NCBI GenBank assembly: GCA_035400625.1
Contig: DAOMZT010000005.1
Coordinates: 1-32,000, forward strand
Direction of reading: 5' to 3'
DNA: 32,000 nucleotides
Source: an archaeon
GTDB lineage: Archaea; Iainarchaeota; Iainarchaeia; Iainarchaeales; CSSED10-239
Translations under genes and position numbers: made by a program
Shown here: positions 15,770 through 24,904 of the stretch, piece after piece
How the letters are laid out: every line of letters starts with the position of its first letter
How positions within the stretch are numbered: the first letter of the stretch is position 1
Notes under the pieces: generated by a model
The model's database searches: none
Seen by the model: only the letters and a program-made list of their open reading frames with translations
What the model was told of the DNA's origin: nothing

Positions 15770-17089
15770 ATGTCAAAAAGAATAATATTAGCATTGCTTT
15801 GTGTGTTAATACTGCCAAGTATTTTCGCAACAGATACAGAAGGGATTAACTTAAGTGCAACATTAATTAACCAAATTCCTGATCCTGTTAGAGCCGGAGA
15901 AATAGTAGAGTTTAGATTTAGCATTCAAAATTATGGAAGTGCCAGCGTAAATGATGCAATCATCTCTCTTGAAACCGGCTATCCTTTTGAAGAAATGCCA
16001 GGAGAAAACTATAATATAACAATAAATAAGATTTCTGCATATCAAAATTCAGAATATGCAATAACAACAAAATACAAGTTATTAGTTAACAAAGATGCAC
16101 CAAATGGAGAATATGAAATTAAATTAAAAATAAATACTAACAACAACATTACAAACATCTATACTTTTGATGTTTTTGTGACAGGAAAAGAATATGCACA
16201 AATAATTACAATCAATAAATCAAATATTGATTTTGGGAAAGTTGAACAGCTTGATTTCTTAATAAGTAATACAGGCAATTCACAACTTAAAAATTTAGTT
16301 TTTTCATGGACAGATCCCACTGAAACTTTACTTCCTGTTAATTCTGATAATACAAAATATATTAAATATTTAGATGTGGGTGCATCAACAACAGTTAGTT
16401 ACAAAGTTATGGCTAATAGTAATGCAGATCCAGGACTTTATAAAATTGATCTTTCTTTAGAATTTGAAAACGAAGATTACAACGATACCAAAATAAATAC
16501 AATTGCAGGAATTTTTGTAGGAGGACAAACAAACTTTGATATTACTTTTTCAGAAAGCAATAGTGGAAATATATCTCTTTCTATTGCTAATGTTGGAAAC
16601 AATCCCGCATATGCAATTAATGTTATTATTCCTGAACAAGAAAATTACAAAGTAAGTGGAACCAACTCTTCAATTTTAGGCAATCTTGATAAAGGAGATT
16701 ACACAATTGCTTCTTTTAATATAAGTCCAAAAAGAAGCTTTGATACAAACTCAATGCCTACAAACCAAATACCAAGAAGAACAGATAAAAACGATAATTT
16801 ACCATATGCAAATCCTACACATCAAAACAATCTAGAAGTTACAATAGAATACACGGACTCTATGGGACAAAGAAACTCAATAACAAAAAAAGTAAATATT
16901 AGTTCAAATACAAATGTAGCTCCTAGCGAAATAACAAACAACACAAATTCCGGATATGTCGCACAATTTAATAGAAGAAGCCCAAGAACTAATTGGTATG
17001 TCTATATCATTATTGGATTAGTTTCTTTAGTTGCATTATTTTATGCACATAAATTTTATACAAAAAATAGCAAAAAGAAAAAACAATGA
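15770..17089 (+). CDS. Exported CARDB/COG1361-type S-layer-domain repeat protein with C-terminal TM anchor
   Basis: It has an N-terminal signal (ILALLCVLILPSIFA), repeated beta-rich modules (NQIPDPVRAGEIVEFRFSIQNYG..., ISNTGNSQLKNLVFSW..., LSIANVGNNPAYAINV...) and a C-terminal TM segment followed by KKKKQ. This architecture is commonly adjacent to MacB-type ABC systems in archaea. Confidence 0.7.
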   Translation: MSKRIILALLCVLILPSIFATDTEGINLSATLINQIPDPVRAGEIVEFRFSIQNYGSASVNDAIISLETGYPFEEMPGENYNITINKISAYQNSEYAITTKYKLLVNKDAPNGEYEIKLKINTNNNITNIYTFDVFVTGKEYAQIITINKSNIDFGKVEQLDFLISNTGNSQLKNLVFSWTDPTETLLPVNSDNTKYIKYLDVGASTTVSYKVMANSNADPGLYKIDLSLEFENEDYNDTKINTIAGIFVGGQTNFDITFSESNSGNISLSIANVGNNPAYAINVIIPEQENYKVSGTNSSILGNLDKGDYTIASFNISPKRSFDTNSMPTNQIPRRTDKNDNLPYANPTHQNNLEVTIEYTDSMGQRNSITKKVNISSNTNVAPSEITNNTNSGYVAQFNRRSPRTNWYVYIIIGLVSLVALFYAHKFYTKNSKKKKQ

Positions 17090-18336
17090 GATTTAAAAAG
17101 ATCATAGAACTTGCTGTAAACTATGTAATTCATAGTAAATTAAGAAGCTGGTTAACCATCTTAGGTATAGTTATAGGAGTTTCTTCTTTTGTTGCTATAT
17201 TGGCACTTGGAGAAGGAATGAACCAAGATATTGAAAATCGAATGGCTTCTTTACAAGTTGATCAAATAAACATAACTACCGGCTTTTCTAGGGCAATGGG
17301 GGCAATGCCTGGTTTTGAAGGTGGAGGTCCTCGTGGCTCTGGCGGAATAAGAAATCCAGAAAGTACATCAAAAGACACAAATCTCACAAAAAAAGACATT
17401 GCATCAATCAAAGGATTACCTGAAATTGATGTAATAAGCACAGAAGTTTCAGGAAGAGAAACCATTTATTATAATGGAGAGAAAATTGAGAGGGGCATAT
17501 TGGGAGTAGATGTGATTAATTGGTTACAAATTACAAACCTAGAACTAACAAGTGGAAGACTTCTTGGACCTTCAGATAAATACTCTGTATTAATTGGAAA
17601 CAGAATAGCAACAGAAAGTTTCTCTAAAGAAATACCATTAAATTCTTTAATAACAATAAATAACAAATCCTTTAGGGTTGTTGGGATTATAAAAAACAGT
17701 CAGGAAATAATAATACCACAAGATATTGCCTACATTGTGTTGCCAGATACTACACCTAATAAATATGATAGAATTATTGTTAAGGCTTCGAGTGTTGATG
17801 ATGTAAATTATCTAACTACAGAAATAACAAACAGATTAATGATGTCAAGACATGTTACAGCAAGAACAAAAGATTTCTCTGTATCTGCAGTAAAAGACAA
17901 TATTGAAAGAATGAGTGAGATGAGTAATTCTATGATACTATTCCTTGCTATAATTGCAGCAATTTCTTTAATTGTTGGAGCTATTGGCATTGCCAACACA
18001 ATGTTTACCTCTGTTCTTGAGAAAACAAAAGAAATTGGAATTATGAAATCAATTGGGGCAACCAACAATGATATACTTTTAATCTTTATTTGCACTTCTG
18101 CTTTCTATGGGATAGTAGGTGGAATTTTGGGCGTACTTCTTGGAGGAGCAATATCTGGCACTCTTGGTTCATATATTGGTATAACTATGGTAAGGGGAGG
18201 AGGCAATAGTGCATTATCCTTTACTCTTGCTCTAAAGGGTGTACTTCTTGCAACAGGGATTAGCATTATCTCTGGATTCTTTCCAGCATATCGTGCTTCA
18301 AAGCTAAAACCAGTAGATGCTCTAAGATACGAATGA
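17086..18336 (+). CDS. ABC transporter permease, MacB/FtsX-like
   Basis: It has an N-terminal TM segment, a large periplasmic-type domain and a C-terminal FtsX 4-TM region ending AYRASKLKPVDALRYE. The start overlaps the upstream stop (ATGA). Confidence 0.9.
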   Translation: MRFKKIIELAVNYVIHSKLRSWLTILGIVIGVSSFVAILALGEGMNQDIENRMASLQVDQINITTGFSRAMGAMPGFEGGGPRGSGGIRNPESTSKDTNLTKKDIASIKGLPEIDVISTEVSGRETIYYNGEKIERGILGVDVINWLQITNLELTSGRLLGPSDKYSVLIGNRIATESFSKEIPLNSLITINNKSFRVVGIIKNSQEIIIPQDIAYIVLPDTTPNKYDRIIVKASSVDDVNYLTTEITNRLMMSRHVTARTKDFSVSAVKDNIERMSEMSNSMILFLAIIAAISLIVGAIGIANTMFTSVLEKTKEIGIMKSIGATNNDILLIFICTSAFYGIVGGILGVLLGGAISGTLGSYIGITMVRGGGNSALSFTLALKGVLLATGISIISGFFPAYRASKLKPVDALRYE

Positions 18337-18449
18337 TTTTTTTTCAGAAAAATTTATGTCTTTAGGTTTTATAGTGTGCCTAAAAAAATAAATATTCTTT
18401 ATTTTAATATATATTAAAATACATTTCTAAACCTAAATATATATTTAAC

Positions 18450-20384
18450 ATGAACAAATTTAAACTTGTTGCCCCTTTTTCTCCAGATGGAGACCAGCCT
18501 CATGCAATCAAACAGCTATCAGCAGGGCTTAATAAAAAGTTTAAGAAAGTGCAGACTCTTCTTGGAGTTACGGGCTCAGGAAAAAGTTTTACAATCTCAA
18601 ACGTTATTGCTAACTATAACAGACCAACTCTTGTCTTGGCACATAACAAAACTTTGGCTGCTCAGCTCTATAATGAACTTAAGGAGTACTTTCCAGAAAA
18701 TAAAGTAGAATATTTTGTCTCATATTATGATTATTATCAACCAGAAAGCTACATTCCTCAAAAAGACCTTTACATTGAGAAAAACACAAAAATAAACGAC
18801 AAGATAGAACAAATGAGGCTTTCTGCAACTACTTCTCTTATCTCAAGAAACGACGTCATTGTTGTTGCTTCTGTCTCTTGTATCTATGGCCTTGGCAACC
18901 CAGAAACTTTCAAAGAAAAAGGATTTACAATTACAAAGGGGCAAAAACTTAAAAGAACAGAATTATTAAGACAATTAATAGATATACAATTTGAAAGAAA
19001 CGACATGGAGCTAGAGCCAGGAAGATTTAGAGTTAAAGGAGATGTCATTGATCTCTCTCCAGGCTATACTCAAAACATCATAAGAATAGAATTATTTGGC
19101 GAAATTGTTGACAGAATCACAGAGATAGACAAGATTACTAATCAAAAAATAAGTGACTTTGATAAATTTTATGTTCATCCTGCTAAGCAATTTGTTATAA
19201 CTAAAGAATCTCTTTTGCCAGCTATCAAATCAATCAAAGAAGAACTAGAAGGAAGACTTCCAGAGCTTGAACCACTTGAAGCACACAGGCTAAAACAAAG
19301 AACTCTTTATGATATTGAGATGATAGAAGAAACAGGCTATTGTAATGGCATAGAAAACTATTCTCGCCACTTTGATGGAAGAAAACCAGGAGAAAGGCCT
19401 TTTTGTCTTCTTGATTATTTCCCTGATGATTTCTTATTGATAATTGATGAAAGCCACCAGACAATACCTCAGCTTCACGGGATGTTTGCAGGGGATTATT
19501 CTAGAAAGAAAACACTTGTTGATTACGGGTTTAGACTTCCTTCTGCTTTTGATAATCGCCCATTAAAATTTAAAGAATTTGAAAAGTTCATGGATAATGT
19601 TATTTTTGTTTCAGCAACTCCTTCTGAATATGAATTGAAGTCCTCTTTCCAGGTTGTTGAACAGATTATCAGGCCAACAGGCCTAGTGGATCCTCCTGTC
19701 TTTATCAAGCCATCTAAAAACCAAATTGAAGATCTTTTAATAAATATTAGAAAAACAATAAAGAAAGGAAACAGATGTCTTGTTACTGCTTTAACAAAAA
19801 AGCTTGCAGAAGAACTGGCTGATTTCTTATCTCGTCAAGGGATCAAAACAAGATATCTTCATTCAGAGATAAAAACTCTAGAAAGAACAGAGATTATTCG
19901 TGAGCTTCGTTTAGGTAAGTTTGATGTGCTTGTAGGTATTAATCTTTTAAGAGAAGGAATTGATACCCCAGAAGTTAGCTTTGTTGGAATAATTGATGCA
20001 GACAAGGAGGGCTTTTTAAGAGACCAAAGAAGCCTAATACAGATTATTGGAAGAGCAGCAAGAAACTCTGAATCTTATGTGCATCTCTATGCTGACAAGA
20101 TGACAGAATCCATCAAAGGCGCAGTAAAAGAAACAGAAAGAAGAAGAAAGATACAGATAGATTACAATATGCAAAACAATATTATTCCAAAGACCATTAT
20201 TAAACCAATAAGGGAAAAAGAAATTGATGAGATTAAAGACATCATGCACATACCAAGACCAGAAATACCAAACCTAATTATAGAGCTTGAAAAGCAAATG
20301 AGCGAGGCCTCAGAAAAGCTTGACTTTGAGACAGCCATAAGGCTTAGAGATAAGATAAAAGAACTAAAGAAAAGAGTAATTTAG
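18450..20384 (+). CDS. uvrB: Excinuclease ABC subunit B
   Basis: Recognisable elements are LVAPFSPDGDQPHAI, GVTGSGKSFT, DESHQT, helicase motifs and the C-terminal UVR domain DFETAIRLRDKIKELKK. Confidence 0.98.
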   Translation: MNKFKLVAPFSPDGDQPHAIKQLSAGLNKKFKKVQTLLGVTGSGKSFTISNVIANYNRPTLVLAHNKTLAAQLYNELKEYFPENKVEYFVSYYDYYQPESYIPQKDLYIEKNTKINDKIEQMRLSATTSLISRNDVIVVASVSCIYGLGNPETFKEKGFTITKGQKLKRTELLRQLIDIQFERNDMELEPGRFRVKGDVIDLSPGYTQNIIRIELFGEIVDRITEIDKITNQKISDFDKFYVHPAKQFVITKESLLPAIKSIKEELEGRLPELEPLEAHRLKQRTLYDIEMIEETGYCNGIENYSRHFDGRKPGERPFCLLDYFPDDFLLIIDESHQTIPQLHGMFAGDYSRKKTLVDYGFRLPSAFDNRPLKFKEFEKFMDNVIFVSATPSEYELKSSFQVVEQIIRPTGLVDPPVFIKPSKNQIEDLLINIRKTIKKGNRCLVTALTKKLAEELADFLSRQGIKTRYLHSEIKTLERTEIIRELRLGKFDVLVGINLLREGIDTPEVSFVGIIDADKEGFLRDQRSLIQIIGRAARNSESYVHLYADKMTESIKGAVKETERRRKIQIDYNMQNNIIPKTIIKPIREKEIDEIKDIMHIPRPEIPNLIIELEKQMSEASEKLDFETAIRLRDKIKELKKRVI

Positions 20385-20422
20385 TAAAGTTTATATAATC
20401 TAATAAACAATAGATATTTATT

Positions 20423-21112
20423 ATGAAACTAGGATTACCCAGAACAGAGAAAGTTCTAAACTATATCACTTATGGAACAATACTTTCTTTAGTTATAGCT
20501 GTTGTTCTTGAAATAATAAATAAAAACTATGAGTTTCTTTATATTACGATTCTTTCCATAATCTTGTGCTTAGTGCCTTTTTTCATTCAAAGAAAATATG
20601 AGATCAGATTGCCTTCTGAAATACAATTGGCAACTGTGTTATTTATTTATTCAGGTATTTTCCTAGGAGAAGTTCAAAATTTCTATGTTAAATATTGGTG
20701 GTGGGATTCATTATTACACACCTTTTCTGGCTTTGCTATGGGCCTTGTAGTCTTTGGAGCATTGTATGTTCTGTACAAGACACAAAAAATAAAGACAAAA
20801 CCAATATTTATTGCAATTATTATTTTTAGTGTAACAATGACAATCGGAGTTCTTTGGGAGATATATGAATTTAGCTTTGATAGCTTTGCTGGAGGAAACA
20901 TGCAAAGAGCAAAAAACCTTTGCCCAGAAACAGGTTACTGTGATTCTCGTCTGGGATTAATGGATACTATGAAGGATTTCATGCTTAATGGTATTGGCGC
21001 AATATTCGCATCTGTCTTAGGTTATATCTATATAAAGAAAGGCGAGCAATTTCTTCTTAATGGAATGATTAAAAGATTTATAGAAAATAATCCTAAATTA
21101 TTCTATAAATAG
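20423..21112 (+). CDS. Multi-pass membrane protein (possibly DUF2238/YjdF-like)
   Basis: It has about 6 hydrophobic helices and the motifs WWWDSLLHTFSGF and WEIYEFSFD. The family name is tentative. Confidence 0.7.
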   Translation: MKLGLPRTEKVLNYITYGTILSLVIAVVLEIINKNYEFLYITILSIILCLVPFFIQRKYEIRLPSEIQLATVLFIYSGIFLGEVQNFYVKYWWWDSLLHTFSGFAMGLVVFGALYVLYKTQKIKTKPIFIAIIIFSVTMTIGVLWEIYEFSFDSFAGGNMQRAKNLCPETGYCDSRLGLMDTMKDFMLNGIGAIFASVLGYIYIKKGEQFLLNGMIKRFIENNPKLFYK

Positions 21113-21113
21113 T

Positions 21114-21956
21114 TTATTTTCTCTCAACTTTTATATATCTTATATATCTATTTTCTAAGTCTTTTTGAAAACCAGTTGGAGTTGTTACAGAATCAAGATA
21201 AACAATATCAGAAAAGCTAAACTGTTGTGAATATTTTTTACCACCATAACTTTCCAGAAATCTACTAACTACTTCTGGTAATCTATCAAGCTGATTAATC
21301 ATTCTTTTTCTGTGTTTTTCAGGGATATCAAAATGGCCTTTTCGAAAATCAGTAATTCTTTCTTTTGTTGGTACTTCAATATATGCAACACCACCTTTTC
21401 TTAGCATACAAGAAGCATTAAAAACATTAAATGCAGGATAAAGTGTGTGAAGACCTACACTTGATGGCGCCATTACCAAATCATATCTTCCTTTAATTTT
21501 AGATATTAATCTTTTATTTGCTTTTGGTTCTTGGGCAATTTGTTCTAATGCTTTTCCTGAAGATAAATCTTTTCTAACTATTCTTTTACTTAATAATTCA
21601 GGATTTATTGTTTTGTGTAAACCTAAAACATCTATTTGTGGATTAATATTATTACTTTTTAATTCAATATTCAAACGAGCAATATCATGACCTGCACCAG
21701 GTCCCAAGATTAGTAATTTAGGATGTTTATTTCCTGATTTTATTAAATGATTGATTGGATCTTTTCTTAAAATTTTAGAATTTATTCGCTTAAATCTGAC
21801 TCGTTGACCTTGGTTAGGCCAAGAATCTTTTTTCCACCCTTCTGCTCTAAATTCTACTGATTGTTTTAATTCTCTTTTTTTACCTACTTTTGGTTTAAGT
21901 TGAGATTTTGGTTTAGGTTTGGGTTTAAGAATTCTCCTTGCTAATTTCAATGCCAT
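21114..21956 (-). CDS. Class I methyltransferase-fold protein with lysine/proline-rich N-terminal extension
   Basis: The N-terminus is MALKLARRILKPKPKPKSQLKPKVGKKRELKQ. It is followed by LLILGPGAGHD (motif I-like), YDLVMAP and MLRKGGVAYI (post-II/III-like). No closer family was recognised. Confidence 0.6.
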   Translation of the reverse strand: MALKLARRILKPKPKPKSQLKPKVGKKRELKQSVEFRAEGWKKDSWPNQGQRVRFKRINSKILRKDPINHLIKSGNKHPKLLILGPGAGHDIARLNIELKSNNINPQIDVLGLHKTINPELLSKRIVRKDLSSGKALEQIAQEPKANKRLISKIKGRYDLVMAPSSVGLHTLYPAFNVFNASCMLRKGGVAYIEVPTKERITDFRKGHFDIPEKHRKRMINQLDRLPEVVSRFLESYGGKKYSQQFSFSDIVYLDSVTTPTGFQKDLENRYIRYIKVERK

Positions 21957-21969
21957 AAATATCTTAAGT

Positions 21970-22992
21970 TTAGATTTCTTTTAAAACATACTCTTTTGTT
22001 CCAAGACCAATACTTTCTGCATAATCAAAGGTCTTTTCCCCACCAAATACTTTTCTGTTTTCTCTCTTGTTTAAAATATCATAACACGCCTTATCAAGAG
22101 CAACAGGGTCAGTTCCTGCAAGTATTCCTATGTCTTTAGCTATTATCTTTGTACGCGACATACAATCACAGTTGTCTGTAATGTTTAGTAAGAAGTTAAT
22201 ATAAAGTATTTTAACATCCTTGTTTGCTTTTGTTGCAGCCAAGGCATATTCGCAAAGTTTTTCCTCAAAGACGCCAGGCATTGTTGATATCCAATTAACA
22301 GTACATGCACGATGAGGACAAATAGCTATACATTTTGCACAGCCAATACATTTTTTGGTGTCAATGCGAGGAATTATGCCAATGGTTATTGCATTAACTG
22401 GGCAGTTCTGTTCACATAGACGACACCTTTTACATTTCAGAGGGTTGATTATTGGTTTGGCATTAGAATGCATGTCTAGTTTTCCTGGGCGTGCTGCAAA
22501 GCCCATACCAAGTTGTTTGATTGCCCCGCCAAAGCCAGCAAGACTATGCCCTTTAAAATGAGAAAATACAATTATTTGATTAAAGTCGCCATAGGCTTTT
22601 CCAATTTTGCATTTTTGAAAATGTTTTTTATTAATTTCTACTTCTATAAACTCTTCGCCAGTATCTCCATCTGCAATGATTATTGGAAGATTAGTAAAGC
22701 CATGTTCTCTTGCTAGTTGAATATGGCTATCTTTTGCTGTTCTTTTGCTCTTATATAATACATTTGTTTCTATATAAGCTGGGCTTCCTCTATTTAGCTT
22801 AATATAATTTATAAGCTTGTCATAATTTTTAGGAGAAATAAAAGTATTGTTTCCTTCTTCTCCAAAATGCACTTTGATTGCCAAGTTATCAACAAAGCCA
22901 GGATTAATTTTTTTAAACACCTCAATTACAGCAAGATTTATCTCTTCTGTTTTAGAATAACTATCAATTGCTTTAAAATATACTTCTGACAT
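21970..22992 (-). CDS. DUF362 domain Fe-S protein with 2x[4Fe-4S] ferredoxin insert (COG2768-like)
   Basis: CKRCRLCEQNCP and CIGCAKCIAICP are ferredoxin motifs embedded in a DUF362-like scaffold (IKVHFGEEGN..., HFKGHSLAGFGGAIKQLGMG, ITDNCDC). Confidence 0.85.
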   Translation of the reverse strand: MSEVYFKAIDSYSKTEEINLAVIEVFKKINPGFVDNLAIKVHFGEEGNNTFISPKNYDKLINYIKLNRGSPAYIETNVLYKSKRTAKDSHIQLAREHGFTNLPIIIADGDTGEEFIEVEINKKHFQKCKIGKAYGDFNQIIVFSHFKGHSLAGFGGAIKQLGMGFAARPGKLDMHSNAKPIINPLKCKRCRLCEQNCPVNAITIGIIPRIDTKKCIGCAKCIAICPHRACTVNWISTMPGVFEEKLCEYALAATKANKDVKILYINFLLNITDNCDCMSRTKIIAKDIGILAGTDPVALDKACYDILNKRENRKVFGGEKTFDYAESIGLGTKEYVLKEI

Positions 22993-23105
22993 AACTTATC
23001 ACACAATAAATAAATAACATCAAACAATATATAAAGATTATTTAATCTTTATGGTTATTAAAAAATAAAGAACATTTCTAAATCTATAGAAAAACCCAAA
23101 GATCT

Positions 23106-23867
23106 CTATCGCTTTTGAGTAACCAGATATATGCTTTCGCTATTTTTGTCATCAAACTTTGAAAAGTTTGGGCCTCCATAAACTTTTAAAACCTTAAAAC
23201 CGTTTCTTTCAAGTATATCTTTTAGTTCTTTATAGACATAAATCTGCATGTCCCAATGGTTTTTAATAACATGATATGGCCTAATACCATGCTGAATATA
23301 AAGCTCATGTTTTGTTGTAAGTATTCCCTTCTTTTGGTCTATTTTGTTTTCACAAAACCTTACAAGAAAAAGATCTCCGACTTCTTCCATATTATCTATG
23401 TGCTTTTTTAATGGCAGGCCTTTAGGTAATACATTCAGATTATAAATATCAAAAATATAGTAGCCATTTGGCTTTAGATTTTTTTTAAAATTTAAAAGAG
23501 CCTTTTCAAAATCTGCTTTAGAAAGATGCCCAATTGCATTAAACATTGTAATAACAGCATCTGCCTTTCCATGATTAATGGTTCTCATGTCTCCCACTAT
23601 AAATCTATCTTTTATTTTTAGTTTCTTTAATTTATTATTTGCAACAGAAACCATGCCTTTAGAATAATCGCTTGCTTTTATCTTGTATCCTTTCTCCAGA
23701 AAATAAATTGCTTGGGCTCCTGTCCCGCAGGTAAGATCAAAAACAGATTTTATGTTATATTTCTTAAAGATCTTTTCAAGAAATAAATTTCTTTCTTTGT
23801 TTTCCTTTTCGCTTGTTTCTAAAAAATCATAATAATTACATGATTCATCAAAATTATATTGTTTCAT
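23106..23867 (-). CDS. Class I SAM-dependent methyltransferase
   Basis: Recognisable elements are VFDLTCGTGAQAIYFLEKGYKIKASDYSKGMV (motif I plus the acidic loop), ADAVITMFNAIGHL and LKPNGYYIFD. Confidence 0.85.
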   Translation of the reverse strand: MKQYNFDESCNYYDFLETSEKENKERNLFLEKIFKKYNIKSVFDLTCGTGAQAIYFLEKGYKIKASDYSKGMVSVANNKLKKLKIKDRFIVGDMRTINHGKADAVITMFNAIGHLSKADFEKALLNFKKNLKPNGYYIFDIYNLNVLPKGLPLKKHIDNMEEVGDLFLVRFCENKIDQKKGILTTKHELYIQHGIRPYHVIKNHWDMQIYVYKELKDILERNGFKVLKVYGGPNFSKFDDKNSESIYLVTQKR

Positions 23868-23873
23868 AATATA

Positions 23874-24488
23874 TCATTCCTCTAAGTGTTTAGTACAATT
23901 ATGTAAGATAATCTTATTATTTCTATCTTTATCTATATCAAAGATGGAAACGCCTGTGTTGTCTTGTGCCTTTATATCAAAATAACCTTCTCCTGTGATT
24001 ACAGAAATTATGGCTTTTCCAAAACTTCCATGGCTTACAATAACAACAACATCATCTTTATGTTTTTCATAAATATCATCTATAAATTCCTTTGCTCTTT
24101 TTATAAGACTTTCTGAAGATTCCATTCCGTATTTTTTTATATTCTCTGAATTATATGAAAATTCTTTAGGAAACGCTTCATTATCTTTAAAATTAGGATC
24201 TACCTGACTTTTTCTCAATCCTTCTATTGATCCATAATATCTTTCTCTTAATTTCTCTGTAAAGACAATTGGGACTTTTGAATGATATTTGTGAATTTCT
24301 CTTGCAGTGTCGCTTGCTCTTTTCAGATCACTTGAATAAATAATATCTAATTGTTCTTCTTTAAAACGTTGCCCAAGTTTTAGTGCCTGTTTTGTTCCTT
24401 CAACAGATAATTGACCATGACCGTGGCCCTGTAAAACTCCTTCAATATTACCTAGGGTTTCTCCATGTCTAGTTAAAATTAATCTCAT
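23874..24488 (-). CDS. Histidine phosphatase superfamily protein (phosphoglycerate-mutase-like)
   Basis: It has MRLILTRHGET (RHG catalytic motif), SSDLKRASDTA and VVIVSHGSFGKA. Confidence 0.85.
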   Translation of the reverse strand: MRLILTRHGETLGNIEGVLQGHGHGQLSVEGTKQALKLGQRFKEEQLDIIYSSDLKRASDTAREIHKYHSKVPIVFTEKLRERYYGSIEGLRKSQVDPNFKDNEAFPKEFSYNSENIKKYGMESSESLIKRAKEFIDDIYEKHKDDVVVIVSHGSFGKAIISVITGEGYFDIKAQDNTGVSIFDIDKDRNNKIILHNCTKHLEE

Positions 24489-24490
24489 AT

Positions 24491-24898
24491 TTATAATCTC
24501 TTTGGAGTCCTAAATCTTTTTAATATTGCTTTTCTCTTTTCCAAATGCTTTAAAACAAAATTTTCAACTCTGGCTTTTCCCTCATAACTTGAATTCCAAT
24601 CAAACTTTTTTGTTTTAGGAGAATAAGTAATTAACTTTACTTTTGATCCTTTTAAATGTGGTGTTACTTTTTCTAAATCATGTATTAAAAATAAAAAAGA
24701 AAAATGAGTATATTTAAAACTGCCTTTTATTTTTCTTGGCGCTATTGAAATGTATTTTTGACCATTTGGATATTCTACAAAAGATATAACTTGCTCAGAA
24801 TTGTGATTCTGATTTTTTGCATATATCAAAGTCAAATCTTTTCTTGCTTTTTTAATAACTAATTCTGATTTTTTTAGTTTATCAATTTCTAGAGTCAT
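24491..24898 (-). CDS. Hypothetical basic protein (135 aa), no recognised family
   Basis: It is wedged with gaps of only 6 and 2 nt between the RuBisCO and histidine phosphatase genes on the same strand. The C-terminus is basic (KRKAILKRFRTPKRL). Confidence 0.6.
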   Translation of the reverse strand: MTLEIDKLKKSELVIKKARKDLTLIYAKNQNHNSEQVISFVEYPNGQKYISIAPRKIKGSFKYTHFSFLFLIHDLEKVTPHLKGSKVKLITYSPKTKKFDWNSSYEGKARVENFVLKHLEKRKAILKRFRTPKRL

Positions 24899-24904
24899 AT
24901 CTTC

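Noticed and set aside
21895-21925. The tandem AAACC(N) repeats encoding KPKPKPK as a slipped-strand phase-variation tract
   Set aside because: There are only about three imperfect hexamer units, and they are in frame and consistent with the overall K/P-rich tail composition. There is no evidence for length variation from a single sequence.
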